Sequence record: DRR723986_10321 | Direction: 5' to 3' (one strand) | DNA: 38,168 nucleotides | Shown here: piece after piece, positions 1 through 9,142 of the stretch | How the letters are laid out: each line of letters begins with the position of its first letter | How positions within the stretch are numbered: position 1 is the stretch's first letter | Notes under the pieces: generated by a model | The model's input: only the letters and a program-made list of their open reading frames with translations | What the model was told of the DNA's origin: nothing | Databases searched by the model: none | Translations under genes and position numbers: made by a program

Positions 1-1
1 T

Positions 2-1165
2 GCGATGATCGTGGACAGCACCGCCCTGCCCGAACAAGCGATCAAAGATATCGTGGCCTCAGCGTTTCAATCTGCTGGACAGCGGTGTTCGGCTTTGCGG
101 CTGCTCTATGTGCAAGAAGACGTCGCCGCGCCGTTCCTTGAGATGTTGTATGGCGCAATGGATGAGCTGGTTGTTGGAAACCCCTGGGATCTTGCGACCG
201 ACGTCGGCCCTGTTATCAATGCCGGGGCACAAGACGAGATCATGGACTACATTAAAGACGCGCGCGTTCAAAACCGGGTTCTGAAGGAATTGAACGTTCC
301 GACAAACGGGACCTTTGTCGCGCCAACTGTGCTGAAAGTGTCGGGGATCGCAGATCTTGAGAAAGAAGTCTTTGGCCCGGTCATGCATGTGGCGACTTAC
401 AAAGCCGCTGATTTGGACAAAGTGGTAAACGCCATCAATGCAACTGGGTTTGGCCTGACCTTTGGCATGCATTCCCGCATTGATGATCGGATTGAACAGG
501 TCACATCGCAGCTGAACGTCGGGAACATGTACATCAACCGCAATCAGATTGGCGCGATTGTTGGCAGCCAACCCTTTGGCGGCGAGGGCCTGTCTGGCAC
601 CGGACCCAAGGCAGGCGGACCCTCTTATGTGAAACGCTTTGCCGCTGAAAAAGCGCTGGCGATTGCGACACCAGCGGGACCCGCCCCAGATCAGGCCGCG
701 ATACAGGCGGCGATCAACGCGGCACCGCGTCCGTCACGCGCCGCGATCAGCCGTCTGCAACTGCCCGGCCCCACCGGGGAATCCAATGTACTGTCGACCT
801 ATGGGCGGGGTGTATTCCTCTGTCTTGGGCCCACCTTGGAGGCGGCGCAAAACCAAGCGCAGATCGCGCGGGCGCATGGATGTGGAGCCATTGTCATCGC
901 GCCCGGCGCGCAAGGGACTGACGCAGTTGATGGCGCGCTTGCGCCGGATCAACTCGGGTCGCTCGCGGGGTTTGACGCGGTTGTGTCCTGGGCAGATGAC
1001 AGCAGCTTGCGCGATATGCGCACGGTCTTGGCAGCACGGGATGGGGCATTGATCCCGCTCATCAATGGCGAAGATTTCGGAGACCGCTGTCATCTGGAGC
1101 GCCATATCTGCGTTGATACCACAGCCGCAGGCGGTAACGCATCTTTGCTTGCGCAAGCCAGCTAA
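2..1165 (+). CDS. putA: Bifunctional proline dehydrogenase/P5C dehydrogenase PutA, C-terminal part (5' truncated by window edge)
   Basis: Aldehyde-dehydrogenase motifs SAFQSAGQRCSALR (catalytic Cys), EVFGP and NRNQIGAIVGSQPFGGEGLSGTGPKAGGP, plus the LPGPTGE and DTTAAGGNASL tail typical of alphaproteobacterial PutA. The frame is open from the window start. Confidence 0.95.
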   Translation, partial: AMIVDSTALPEQAIKDIVASAFQSAGQRCSALRLLYVQEDVAAPFLEMLYGAMDELVVGNPWDLATDVGPVINAGAQDEIMDYIKDARVQNRVLKELNVPTNGTFVAPTVLKVSGIADLEKEVFGPVMHVATYKAADLDKVVNAINATGFGLTFGMHSRIDDRIEQVTSQLNVGNMYINRNQIGAIVGSQPFGGEGLSGTGPKAGGPSYVKRFAAEKALAIATPAGPAPDQAAIQAAINAAPRPSRAAISRLQLPGPTGESNVLSTYGRGVFLCLGPTLEAAQNQAQIARAHGCGAIVIAPGAQGTDAVDGALAPDQLGSLAGFDAVVSWADDSSLRDMRTVLAARDGALIPLINGEDFGDRCHLERHICVDTTAAGGNASLLAQAS

Positions 1166-1175
1166 CGCCGCAATT

Positions 1176-1205
1176 CTATCGGCAGCTCAAAGGGGCCGCC
1201 GATAG
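1176..1205. terminator. Hairpin between convergent putA and NRPS genes
   Basis: CTATCGGC (1176-1183) pairs with GCCGATAG (1198-1205), between two convergent stop codons. Confidence 0.55.
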
Positions 1206-1226
1206 GAATAAACAAAGAGCCAAGCC

Positions 1227-4200
1227 TCAATCACGCCCTACGTGCTTGTCCAAAGACTCTGCCATCCGCTTTGCGAGCGTGTCGATATGGGGTTCCTGCA
1301 GCAGGGACAGATGCCCGCCCGGAACATCGACCACCTCAAACCCAGCGGTTGCAACGGGTTCCCATCCAAGGCCATTCTGACGGGCAGCATCGGTGTCGAA
1401 AAAGTGGTTCTCGGCGCGGAAGATCGTCAAGGGAACATCCAATAGGCCCGGCGCATACTCATTCACCGCAATCTCGTTCGAGGCAATGAATTCATAAACG
1501 GTCATCGGTGCCTTGGCGTCGCCTTCGGTGGTCGCTTTTTGGATCTTTTTAGAGGCAAAGAAGTTTCTGAGATTGTGAATGCGGTTGTTCACGATCTGCA
1601 AAGGGAATTTCCAACCAATGTAATGCGCGCGCCGGAAATGGGCCCACAGACGCCGCAAACCTTGGTATTCGTTCCGTCCCCCCGGCCCTGCGGCATCAAA
1701 GAAGGCGACCAACCCTACGTCGCGACCGCTTAGTCTCAGCTGTCGTGCCAATTCGAGCGCCATATAGCTGCCCAAAGACACTGCCATCAGGCTGATTGGC
1801 CCAGTCGGATAATATTTGTTAAGCTCTTCGCAATAGATTTTGGCCGTGTTCTCAATGCCGGTTGGCGTGTCTTTATCCAGCGATCCAACCGAAATCCCCA
1901 TGATTGGCTGATCCAGACCAAGATGCGCCGCTAGGGGTCGAAAATACTCTTCGTTCGGGCCGAGAATGTGAACGCCAAACAAGGGCGGGCGCGTTCCCTG
2001 CGGCTGAATTGTGATGATGCGCTTGGGCCGGTCTGTTTCCGATTGCAACAAAGACGCAAGCGCGCGGGGCGTTGCATTTTCCCGGAAATCCATGATCCCC
2101 AGCCGCTTACCCGAGAGAGTTTCAAGACGGCCAATCAGCTCAACCGCCAACAGGGAATGCCCCCCCAGATCATGAAAATCCTGTTCGGGGGCGACAGTTT
2201 TTCGCCCCAAGGATGTGGCCATAGCCCTGCAAATATCCGCCTCTAGCTGGCTTATGGGCGTGCTGTTTTCTGGCGTTTCGATGACCAAAGGTTCTGGGTT
2301 GGGCAGTGCGGATTTGTCAATTTTCCCACCCGCCGTTTTTGGAAACTGAGACACAAACGCAAGCGCCGGGCGCATATGTGCGGGCAATCGATCTGCAACT
2401 TCGGCGACAAGGTCCGTTGTGTCTCGATTGCCGCCTTCGATCCAAGCAACCAGTTGCGCGGCGGCTGTGCCTTCGTTCAAAACACCGGCCAGCACCTCGA
2501 ATGAGGTATCAATGGATTCGATTGCATGTTCGATCTGGCGCAGATCAATGCGGTATCCGCGCACCTTGGCCTGGCGATCGCGGCGCCCGTAAAAGTTCAG
2601 CGCACCATCCGGACGCCATTGTGCCCGATCCCCAGAACGATACAGCCGGCTTTCGCCGACAACCGACCCTGTGACAAAGGCTTTGTCTGTTTCCTCGGGG
2701 CGACCCACATATCCCAACGTGACGCACTGTCCCCCGATCACCAGTTCCCCAACCGCGCCCATGGGTGCCAAACTGCCGTCAGCCGCCATCACATAGGTGG
2801 TTGCATGGCCGATGGGACGACCAATTGGAATGTCTGCTTCGGTTTGTGCCTCTGTGACCTCGTGCAGGGTACAGGTGATTGTTGTTTCGGTTGGGCCATA
2901 GCCGTTCAACCAACGCACGTTCGGAACCGCCTTTTGCCATGCGATCAGGCTGTTTGGTTTCACCTGCTCGCCCCCGACAACCATCAGGCGCAGGGTTTCA
3001 GGCATTGGTTTTTCAGAGCTCTGTAAGAAATCCGCCAACAGGGACCAGAACGCCGTCGGCAGGTTCAGCACGCTTATCCGCAACGCATGACATTGCTCGA
3101 CAAAAGTACCCAGAGATTGCGCCATATCCTCGCTGCGCAGAACCAGCGTGGCCCCAGCCATCAAGGTTGGAAACACCTCTTCCAGAGCAACGTCAAACGA
3201 CAGGCTTGCGAATTGCAGTGCGCGATCTTGCGACGTCAATTCAAACTCGGACGTGATCGCCGCGATGTGCGAGAGAAAATTCCCCCGGCTGACCGCCACG
3301 CCTTTGGGAATGCCAGTCGAGCCAGAGGTATAGATGATATAGGCCCGGTCCGCAAAGGTGCCTGTCGGCAACGGCATTGGGTCGGTTGACTGCCCCTGAT
3401 CAGGTGAAAGCACCGGCAGGTCCACACCGTGTTGCGCGTCCGCATTGGCAATCAGAACCGAAGCCCCGCTATCTGCCAACATGTGATCGCGGGTTTTGGC
3501 TGGATAGGTCGGGTCAACAGGGACAAAGGCCCCGCCGGTTCGCAGCACCGCAAGCATGGCCACGATAAATTCAGGGGACCGCGGCAAGCCAATGGCCACA
3601 ACATCCCCGGTTGTCACCCCCTTGCCCTGCAACGCCAAGGCAAGCCCCTTGGCGCGGGAATCCAAGTCTGCGTAGGTTATGTTGATTTCTGACCCGGCGT
3701 CTTGGATGGCAGTGGAATTTGGATAAGCTTGAACGGCCCCCTCGAACTGCTGAACCAAACACGTCTTGTCCGGGGTCAGGGCCCGATCAGGTTGGGCCAG
3801 CGTCAAAAGCGCGTCGCGCTCGTTCTGGCCCAGCATTTCCAATGCACCAACATGGGTTTCGCGATCAGCAAGCGCCATATTTTGCAGCAACACCAGCAGG
3901 TGATCGAACATGCGCGCCGCGACAACAGATGGGACCTGTGACGGGTCATGTTCCAGCACAAACCGCATTTTTTCTTGGCCATACACCGCCAGCGTCAACG
4001 GCATCCCACCCTCTTCGTGCAGCTCAATGCGCGGCGAAGGGTGCGGGCGACTACTGCCAAGCACCAACCCCTCGAGGTCGGCATTTTCGAACATGACCAA
4101 ACTGTCGAACAGCGATTGCTGGCCATTCAGATCAGCACTGTCGCGTACCACATTGGCCGAGGTGTGTTCGAGCGGATGCAGCGCCAGCGTATCCCGGCGC

Positions 4201-5171
4201 AGCTTGGAAAGCAGGGTGCCCAAAGTCAGTTCCGGATCAAGCGACATGCGCATCGGAAATGAGCTGATAAAACAGCCCACACTGGTCGCGCTGACCGCCA
4301 CACCATGGCGGCCGCTGCGGATCACCCCAAACGCGACTTCCGGGCTGCCCTGCCAGCGGGCCAAAACTATCCCCCACGCGGCCTGAACCAGATTGGCGAG
4401 CGTCCCGCCAGAGCTTTGCGCGCAGAGTTGCAATTGCTGTCTAAGCGCGGGTTCAAGTTCAAACACATCCAATTTCTGGCGCGTGCCAATATCTTCGACC
4501 TCGGCAATCGGGGGCAGGTTCAGCGTCCCGATTTCATCGAAATCAGCCAGATAGTCCTTGAAATAGAGCTGTGCCGCCTCTTGGTTGAGCAGCTCTTGTT
4601 CCAATGCCAGACAATAGGCCCTGAAATCAGAACTTGGCGCAGGGATTGCCTGCAGCGTGCCGCTTTTTAGGTAGGCCAAGAATTCACATAGGATTTGGGC
4701 GATGCTGCGCCCATCCACCACAACGTGGTGAATCGTTAGGATCATGATCGAGGCGGTTTCATTCAATCGAATGAGTGTCACCCGCCATGGGGTCGACTTT
4801 TCCAGATCAATGCCCCGTGCGCGATCTTCCTCTAGAAACTGTTCCAGATTTTGCTTTTGCCCTGCAGCTGACTGTGTGGACCAATCCAGCACAGAAACCG
4901 GCACCGAGATGTTATCAGCGACGCGTTGCTGGGGGTGGGCGCGGTCATGCCAGTCACACACCAGCCGTAATGCATCATGACGGGCCGCAATTTCCTGCCA
5001 TGCGCGCCGGACCGTACCCTCATCAAGTCTGTCTTGATCGAAATGAACGACGGCCTGTTCGATGTTGGTGCCGGCACGGCCAGTCTGCATGCTTTCGTAC
5101 AGCATGCTCATCTGCATAGACGTAAGAGCAAACCAATCGTTTGGCTCAGCTGAGGTTTGAATGCCGCTCAC
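1227..5171 (-). CDS. Stand-alone single-module NRPS (C-A-PCP-TE), 1314 aa
   Basis: C domain HHVVVDG. A-domain cores YIIYTSGSTGIPKG, FDVA, NGYGPTE, GELVIGG, YRSGD, GRRDRQAKVRGYRI, PKTAGGKIDK. PCP DFHDLGGHSL. TE with AVSLG, FFD and PGGHLSLL. GTG start with AGGAG RBS. Confidence 0.93.
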   Translation of the reverse strand: MSGIQTSAEPNDWFALTSMQMSMLYESMQTGRAGTNIEQAVVHFDQDRLDEGTVRRAWQEIAARHDALRLVCDWHDRAHPQQRVADNISVPVSVLDWSTQSAAGQKQNLEQFLEEDRARGIDLEKSTPWRVTLIRLNETASIMILTIHHVVVDGRSIAQILCEFLAYLKSGTLQAIPAPSSDFRAYCLALEQELLNQEAAQLYFKDYLADFDEIGTLNLPPIAEVEDIGTRQKLDVFELEPALRQQLQLCAQSSGGTLANLVQAAWGIVLARWQGSPEVAFGVIRSGRHGVAVSATSVGCFISSFPMRMSLDPELTLGTLLSKLRRDTLALHPLEHTSANVVRDSADLNGQQSLFDSLVMFENADLEGLVLGSSRPHPSPRIELHEEGGMPLTLAVYGQEKMRFVLEHDPSQVPSVVAARMFDHLLVLLQNMALADRETHVGALEMLGQNERDALLTLAQPDRALTPDKTCLVQQFEGAVQAYPNSTAIQDAGSEINITYADLDSRAKGLALALQGKGVTTGDVVAIGLPRSPEFIVAMLAVLRTGGAFVPVDPTYPAKTRDHMLADSGASVLIANADAQHGVDLPVLSPDQGQSTDPMPLPTGTFADRAYIIYTSGSTGIPKGVAVSRGNFLSHIAAITSEFELTSQDRALQFASLSFDVALEEVFPTLMAGATLVLRSEDMAQSLGTFVEQCHALRISVLNLPTAFWSLLADFLQSSEKPMPETLRLMVVGGEQVKPNSLIAWQKAVPNVRWLNGYGPTETTITCTLHEVTEAQTEADIPIGRPIGHATTYVMAADGSLAPMGAVGELVIGGQCVTLGYVGRPEETDKAFVTGSVVGESRLYRSGDRAQWRPDGALNFYGRRDRQAKVRGYRIDLRQIEHAIESIDTSFEVLAGVLNEGTAAAQLVAWIEGGNRDTTDLVAEVADRLPAHMRPALAFVSQFPKTAGGKIDKSALPNPEPLVIETPENSTPISQLEADICRAMATSLGRKTVAPEQDFHDLGGHSLLAVELIGRLETLSGKRLGIMDFRENATPRALASLLQSETDRPKRIITIQPQGTRPPLFGVHILGPNEEYFRPLAAHLGLDQPIMGISVGSLDKDTPTGIENTAKIYCEELNKYYPTGPISLMAVSLGSYMALELARQLRLSGRDVGLVAFFDAAGPGGRNEYQGLRRLWAHFRRAHYIGWKFPLQIVNNRIHNLRNFFASKKIQKATTEGDAKAPMTVYEFIASNEIAVNEYAPGLLDVPLTIFRAENHFFDTDAARQNGLGWEPVATAGFEVVDVPGGHLSLLQEPHIDTLAKRMAESLDKHVGRD

Positions 5172-5312
5172 GCAACTACTCCTGGTCCCGAAATGAAGGG
5201 GTCTTTGTGTTCAATGTTCCTTCAAATTAGCTTAAAGAAGCGGCAAAATTGGGGCGAAATCCCAAAAATATGAGGCGCAGGAGGCAAACCTCACGCGGCA
5301 ATGTGTCTGCGG

Positions 5313-5340
5313 TGGGTGCGCGGGCCTCCCCACGCACCCA
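5313..5340. terminator. GC-rich hairpin just downstream of the sulfatase gene (terminator or REP-like)
   Basis: TGGGTGCG (5313-5320) pairs with CGCACCCA (5333-5340), with further inner pairing, 8 nt beyond the sulfatase stop. Confidence 0.5.
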
Positions 5341-5348
5341 AACCCGGT

Positions 5349-7007
5349 TTACTCGAAATGAGGGCGGGCCTTGCGATTGCGCACTTTGCTCGCGTCCGCC
5401 TCGGGCATGTCATTTTCATCCCAGACCCCCAGGATGATCCCCTTGCCTTTGTTCGAGGTCCGCAAAGCCAGCAGTTCCTGCTTGGTCAGGCTGGTACGTT
5501 GGGCCGGGCGCCGGGTCCATTCAAACATCAGCGCATACATCTCATCGATGACATCCGCATGTTCTGCGCTACCACCCAGATCGTTCAGCTCATTTGGGTC
5601 GCTCTCGAGGTCAAACAACATCGGGCGGTGCCCGTTTTCACAATGCACCAGTTTCCACTTTTTCGTGGACGCCATGAACATCAACGCATCATCTGGGGTC
5701 GCGCCCAGCAGAACGGCCTCGGATTGGGTGGTGAAATCCACCTCACAAAAGGCCGCCTTGCGCTTGGTTTCAGTCGCGGTGCCATGGAGGATCGGCAACA
5801 AGGATTCCCCCTCAAGCACATGATCCGCCGCTTCACCGCCCGCAACCTCAAGGAACGTGGGGGCCAAATCGATACTTTCAACCAGCGCATCACAGACCGT
5901 GCCGCGCGTTGCGTCCGCCTCGGGCGAGGGATCGTAAATGATCAACGGCACTTTGGTTGAGGTATCGTGAAAGAATGTCTTTTCACCCATCCAGTGATCG
6001 CCCAAAAAATCACCGTGATCTGAGGTGAGCACGATCATCGTGTCCTCCATACGGCCCGTGTCTTCAAGCCACTTGAACAGGCGGCCCATCTGGTCATCAA
6101 CCTGTTTGATCAGCCCCATATAGGCGGGGATCACGGCCTGACGGACCCGCTCTTCGCTGAATGCTTTGCTGACCTTGCTGTTCATAAAGGCCGACAGGAT
6201 CGGGTGCGCCCCTTCTTTTTCGGCGTCAGATCGAACGGGCGGCAATACATGTTCAGGCCCGTACATGTCGTGGTACGGCGCGGGCACAATATAGGGCCAG
6301 TGCGGTTTAATATACGACAGGTGACAGCACCATGGCCCTTTAGCGCCTTCGATGAACTCCATCCCGCGCGTGGTCAGATAGGGTGTTTCACTGTCTTCTT
6401 CGGCGATGTTGGCCTGCTCGGTCGAGTTTTTGAGGAACCAGCCTGACAACACATTGCCATCTTCGTCCAAGCCGGAATTGGCAAAGTCATGCCAGGGGTT
6501 GTCGCTCTCATACCCTTTGTCCGTCAGGTACTCATTGTACGTTTTTGCCCCGGTATCGTCGTAAAACCCATTTGGACCTTCGGCACGCAATCCATCATCA
6601 CGTTCGAACACATCAAACCCACACTCCGCCACGCGCGCACCAATGATGGTATCGCGGCTCAAACCAAGACGCTCCATACCTTCGTTGTCTGCCCGCATGT
6701 GGGTCTTTCCGACCAAATTACACGACATCCCAGCCTTGCGCAGATGATCCCCCATGGTCCGCTCACCAACTTTAAGCGGCACACCATTCCACGAGGCCCC
6801 ATGGCTTTTGACATAGCGCCCCGTATAGGTGGACATCCGCGAAGACCCACAAATGGGCGATTGAATGTAGGAGCGCGTAAACCGCACCCCTTTTTCTGCC
6901 AGCCGATCAATGTGTGGCGTGTGCAGGTGCGGGTGCCCGTAACAGCTTAGGTAATCCCAGCGCAATTGATCGAACATGATGAAAAGAACATTCTTTGCCT
7001 TGGCCAT
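5349..7007 (-). CDS. Sulfatase-family hydrolase (arylsulfatase/phosphonate monoester hydrolase-like, alkaline phosphatase superfamily)
   Basis: NVLFIMFDQLR, TPHIDRLA, CGSSR at the formylglycine-motif position followed by STYTGRY, VGKTH, KPHWPY, SDHG, EK. No signal peptide evident. Confidence 0.88.
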   Translation of the reverse strand: MAKAKNVLFIMFDQLRWDYLSCYGHPHLHTPHIDRLAEKGVRFTRSYIQSPICGSSRMSTYTGRYVKSHGASWNGVPLKVGERTMGDHLRKAGMSCNLVGKTHMRADNEGMERLGLSRDTIIGARVAECGFDVFERDDGLRAEGPNGFYDDTGAKTYNEYLTDKGYESDNPWHDFANSGLDEDGNVLSGWFLKNSTEQANIAEEDSETPYLTTRGMEFIEGAKGPWCCHLSYIKPHWPYIVPAPYHDMYGPEHVLPPVRSDAEKEGAHPILSAFMNSKVSKAFSEERVRQAVIPAYMGLIKQVDDQMGRLFKWLEDTGRMEDTMIVLTSDHGDFLGDHWMGEKTFFHDTSTKVPLIIYDPSPEADATRGTVCDALVESIDLAPTFLEVAGGEAADHVLEGESLLPILHGTATETKRKAAFCEVDFTTQSEAVLLGATPDDALMFMASTKKWKLVHCENGHRPMLFDLESDPNELNDLGGSAEHADVIDEMYALMFEWTRRPAQRTSLTKQELLALRTSNKGKGIILGVWDENDMPEADASKVRNRKARPHFE

Positions 7008-7093
7008 GGATTTCTTCTTTCAGTTACGGTGCCAAACAGGGCCCCCAAGTCGTGTCATGTATCCAGTTCTAGCAGAAGCCAAAAACAATTTAC

Positions 7094-7137
7094 ATGACAT
7101 ATCATATTTATGTGGTAATTTGTATGAGAAGTCATAC
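7094..7137. promoter_or_regulatory. Two ATGA-N4-TCAT palindromic boxes, putative MarR operators
   Basis: ATGACATATCAT (7094-7105) and GTATGAGAAGTCATAC (7122-7137) in the AT-rich divergent spacer between sulfatase and marR. Confidence 0.6.
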
Positions 7138-7165
7138 TGTGTAGCAATGGAAAAAGGAATCTGGC

Positions 7166-7654
7166 GTGCGCGACACCGTAAAACGACTGACAGGAATGCG
7201 ACCCGACCAAATCCCGGACGGGGCGAGCCTGCTTGCCGTCACCGTGTTTCGCCTGTCCCGCATGTTGAAGTCAGATGTCACCCGCACGGTTTCCAAAGAA
7301 CCCGGCGTTGGGCTGGTATCGTGGCGTGTGTTCATGGGCCTTTCGATGGCGCCCGAGGCGACCCAAAAAGAACTCGTCACGTTCTCGCGCATCGAACAGG
7401 GTCAGCTGAGCCGCGTTCTAAAAGACATGGAAACGCGCGGGCTCATTACGTCGCGCCCGTCTGACCAAGACAAACGCGCCCGTGTTTTTGCCCTGACCCA
7501 AGCGGGCCGCAAAAAGCATCACGATATGCTGCCCCGCATGATCACGCTTGCCGATACCATCGACGCCGCGCTGAGCCCTGAGGAACAGGACACGTTTCTG
7601 GATATGTGCGCCCGCATCGCTGCAGCTGCTGAGGATGCCGCGACCCACGACTGA
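7166..7654 (+). CDS. MarR family transcriptional regulator
   Basis: Winged-helix pattern ATQKEL...QGQLSRVLKDMETRGLI...DQDKRAR...LTQAG. GTG start with AAGGA RBS. Confidence 0.9.
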   Translation: MRDTVKRLTGMRPDQIPDGASLLAVTVFRLSRMLKSDVTRTVSKEPGVGLVSWRVFMGLSMAPEATQKELVTFSRIEQGQLSRVLKDMETRGLITSRPSDQDKRARVFALTQAGRKKHHDMLPRMITLADTIDAALSPEEQDTFLDMCARIAAAAEDAATHD

Positions 7655-7704
7655 TTTTTCGTGCCGATCTGGCGCGCCCGAAATGTTCAAATGGAGGTAC
7701 GAAC

Positions 7705-8652
7705 ATGACATTTTCAAAGAAACTGACCGGACTACTGGCAGGTGCCGTTATGGCCATTGCCACCACCGCAACTGCGGCCGATTGGAAACCCAGCGGTACG
7801 CTCAGATTGCAGATCGGCTTTGGTGCCGGTGGATCGACCGACACAATGGGTCGTGTGATCGCAAAGGTCATGAAAGAGCAAACCGGCTGGAACATCATCG
7901 CTGAGAACAAGACAGGTGGCGGCGGCGTCGCCATGTTCACCGGCATTTCCAAGATGCCACCCAAGGGCAATGTGATCGGCATGGGTGTGAACATGCCCAT
8001 CATGATCAACTTGGTGAAACGCGGGGATCAACTGCCGTTTGATCTGGATAGTTTTGACTATCTTGGCACCGTTGCCCGCGCTCAGCTCGCGCTTGTTGCC
8101 AGCGCCGATGCCCCATTCGATGACATTGCCGGAATGGTCGAATACGCCAAGGCCAATGATGGTCTGCCCATCGCCTTTAGCGCCGCACCACAAAAATTCC
8201 TGATGTCCGCCGTCGATAAAGAGGCAGGCGCTGGTTTCCGCTATGTGTCCACCAAAGGTGGCGCTGAAAACATGAAGCTGATCCTGGGTGGTCAAGTGTT
8301 GGTTGGTTTTGGCTCGGGCGAACACCTGCAATATCTGGAATCCGGCGACGTCAAGATGATCGCAAGCGCCAATGACTCACGTCACAACTATGCACCTGAC
8401 ACGCAAACCGTGCGCGAAGCAGGCTATGATGTCTACGTTGATCCTTACTTCTTTTTCGCCACAACCGCAGGCACAGATCCCGAAGCACTTGCCGCTTTGA
8501 CCAAAGCGCTGAGCAATGCAATTGCATCCGATGAAGTGGCCGAAGTTGTGAAGAATGCGACCCAGACCGAAGCGCTGAACCTTGGCCCGGACACCACAAA
8601 ACAGATGCTGGTGGATGGTGTTGAAAACGTCCGCGTTCTGTTTGCTGACTAA
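7705..8652 (+). CDS. Tripartite tricarboxylate transporter substrate-binding protein (TctC/Bug family)
   Basis: Signal peptide ending ATA-AD, GFGAGGSTDTMGR, ENKTGGGG, KGGAE...LGGQV. GGAGG RBS. Confidence 0.88.
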   Translation: MTFSKKLTGLLAGAVMAIATTATAADWKPSGTLRLQIGFGAGGSTDTMGRVIAKVMKEQTGWNIIAENKTGGGGVAMFTGISKMPPKGNVIGMGVNMPIMINLVKRGDQLPFDLDSFDYLGTVARAQLALVASADAPFDDIAGMVEYAKANDGLPIAFSAAPQKFLMSAVDKEAGAGFRYVSTKGGAENMKLILGGQVLVGFGSGEHLQYLESGDVKMIASANDSRHNYAPDTQTVREAGYDVYVDPYFFFATTAGTDPEALAALTKALSNAIASDEVAEVVKNATQTEALNLGPDTTKQMLVDGVENVRVLFAD

Positions 8653-8659
8653 ATGAATG

Positions 8660-8687
8660 CCCCCGCTGGTTTATCGAACTGGCGGGG
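8660..8687 (+). other. Intercistronic stem-loop after the binding-protein gene
   Basis: CCCCGCTGGT pairs with ACTGGCGGGG using G-U pairs. This position is typical of mRNA-stabilising hairpins. Confidence 0.5.
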
Positions 8688-8709
8688 TCTGTTTCTAAGG
8701 GGGAACTCG

Positions 8710-9135
8710 ATGTCAGTTACCGCAGATCGTGGCGCTGGGGCCGTCATTTCACTGTTTGGGTTGGTGCTTTATTTCGGAGTAATCCCAAATTTTGTCGAAG
8801 CGGTCGACGACGGCTGGGTTCTACCCGCCACCATTCCAAATGCCGTGGCAATTGTCCTTTTTGTTTGTGGTGTTTTGTTGATCCTCAAACCCACCAACCA
8901 CCGACCCCAGCGGGTGATAGAATTTCAGAAAGCCGCCCTTTATTTTGGCCTGCTAGCCCTTGGATTGCTGGCGATGTCTTACCTCGGCTTTACTTACACG
9001 GCCCCAGTGATTGCATTGGTTTTAATGCTGCTCATTGGCGAACGACGGCCTTTGTGGCTGATCCTTGGCGTCGCGGTGCTGCCCGCAACAATCTGGTTCC
9101 TCGTGGTCTATGTCCTAGACCGCGCCCTACCCTGA
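8710..9135 (+). CDS. Tripartite tricarboxylate transporter small subunit (TctB family)
   Basis: About four hydrophobic segments and a C-terminal LP, located between tctC and tctA. ATG at 8710 follows a G-rich RBS; the ORF-track start at 8653 runs through the hairpin. Confidence 0.82.
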   Translation: MSVTADRGAGAVISLFGLVLYFGVIPNFVEAVDDGWVLPATIPNAVAIVLFVCGVLLILKPTNHRPQRVIEFQKAALYFGLLALGLLAMSYLGFTYTAPVIALVLMLLIGERRPLWLILGVAVLPATIWFLVVYVLDRALP

Positions 9136-9142
9136 GGTTCGA

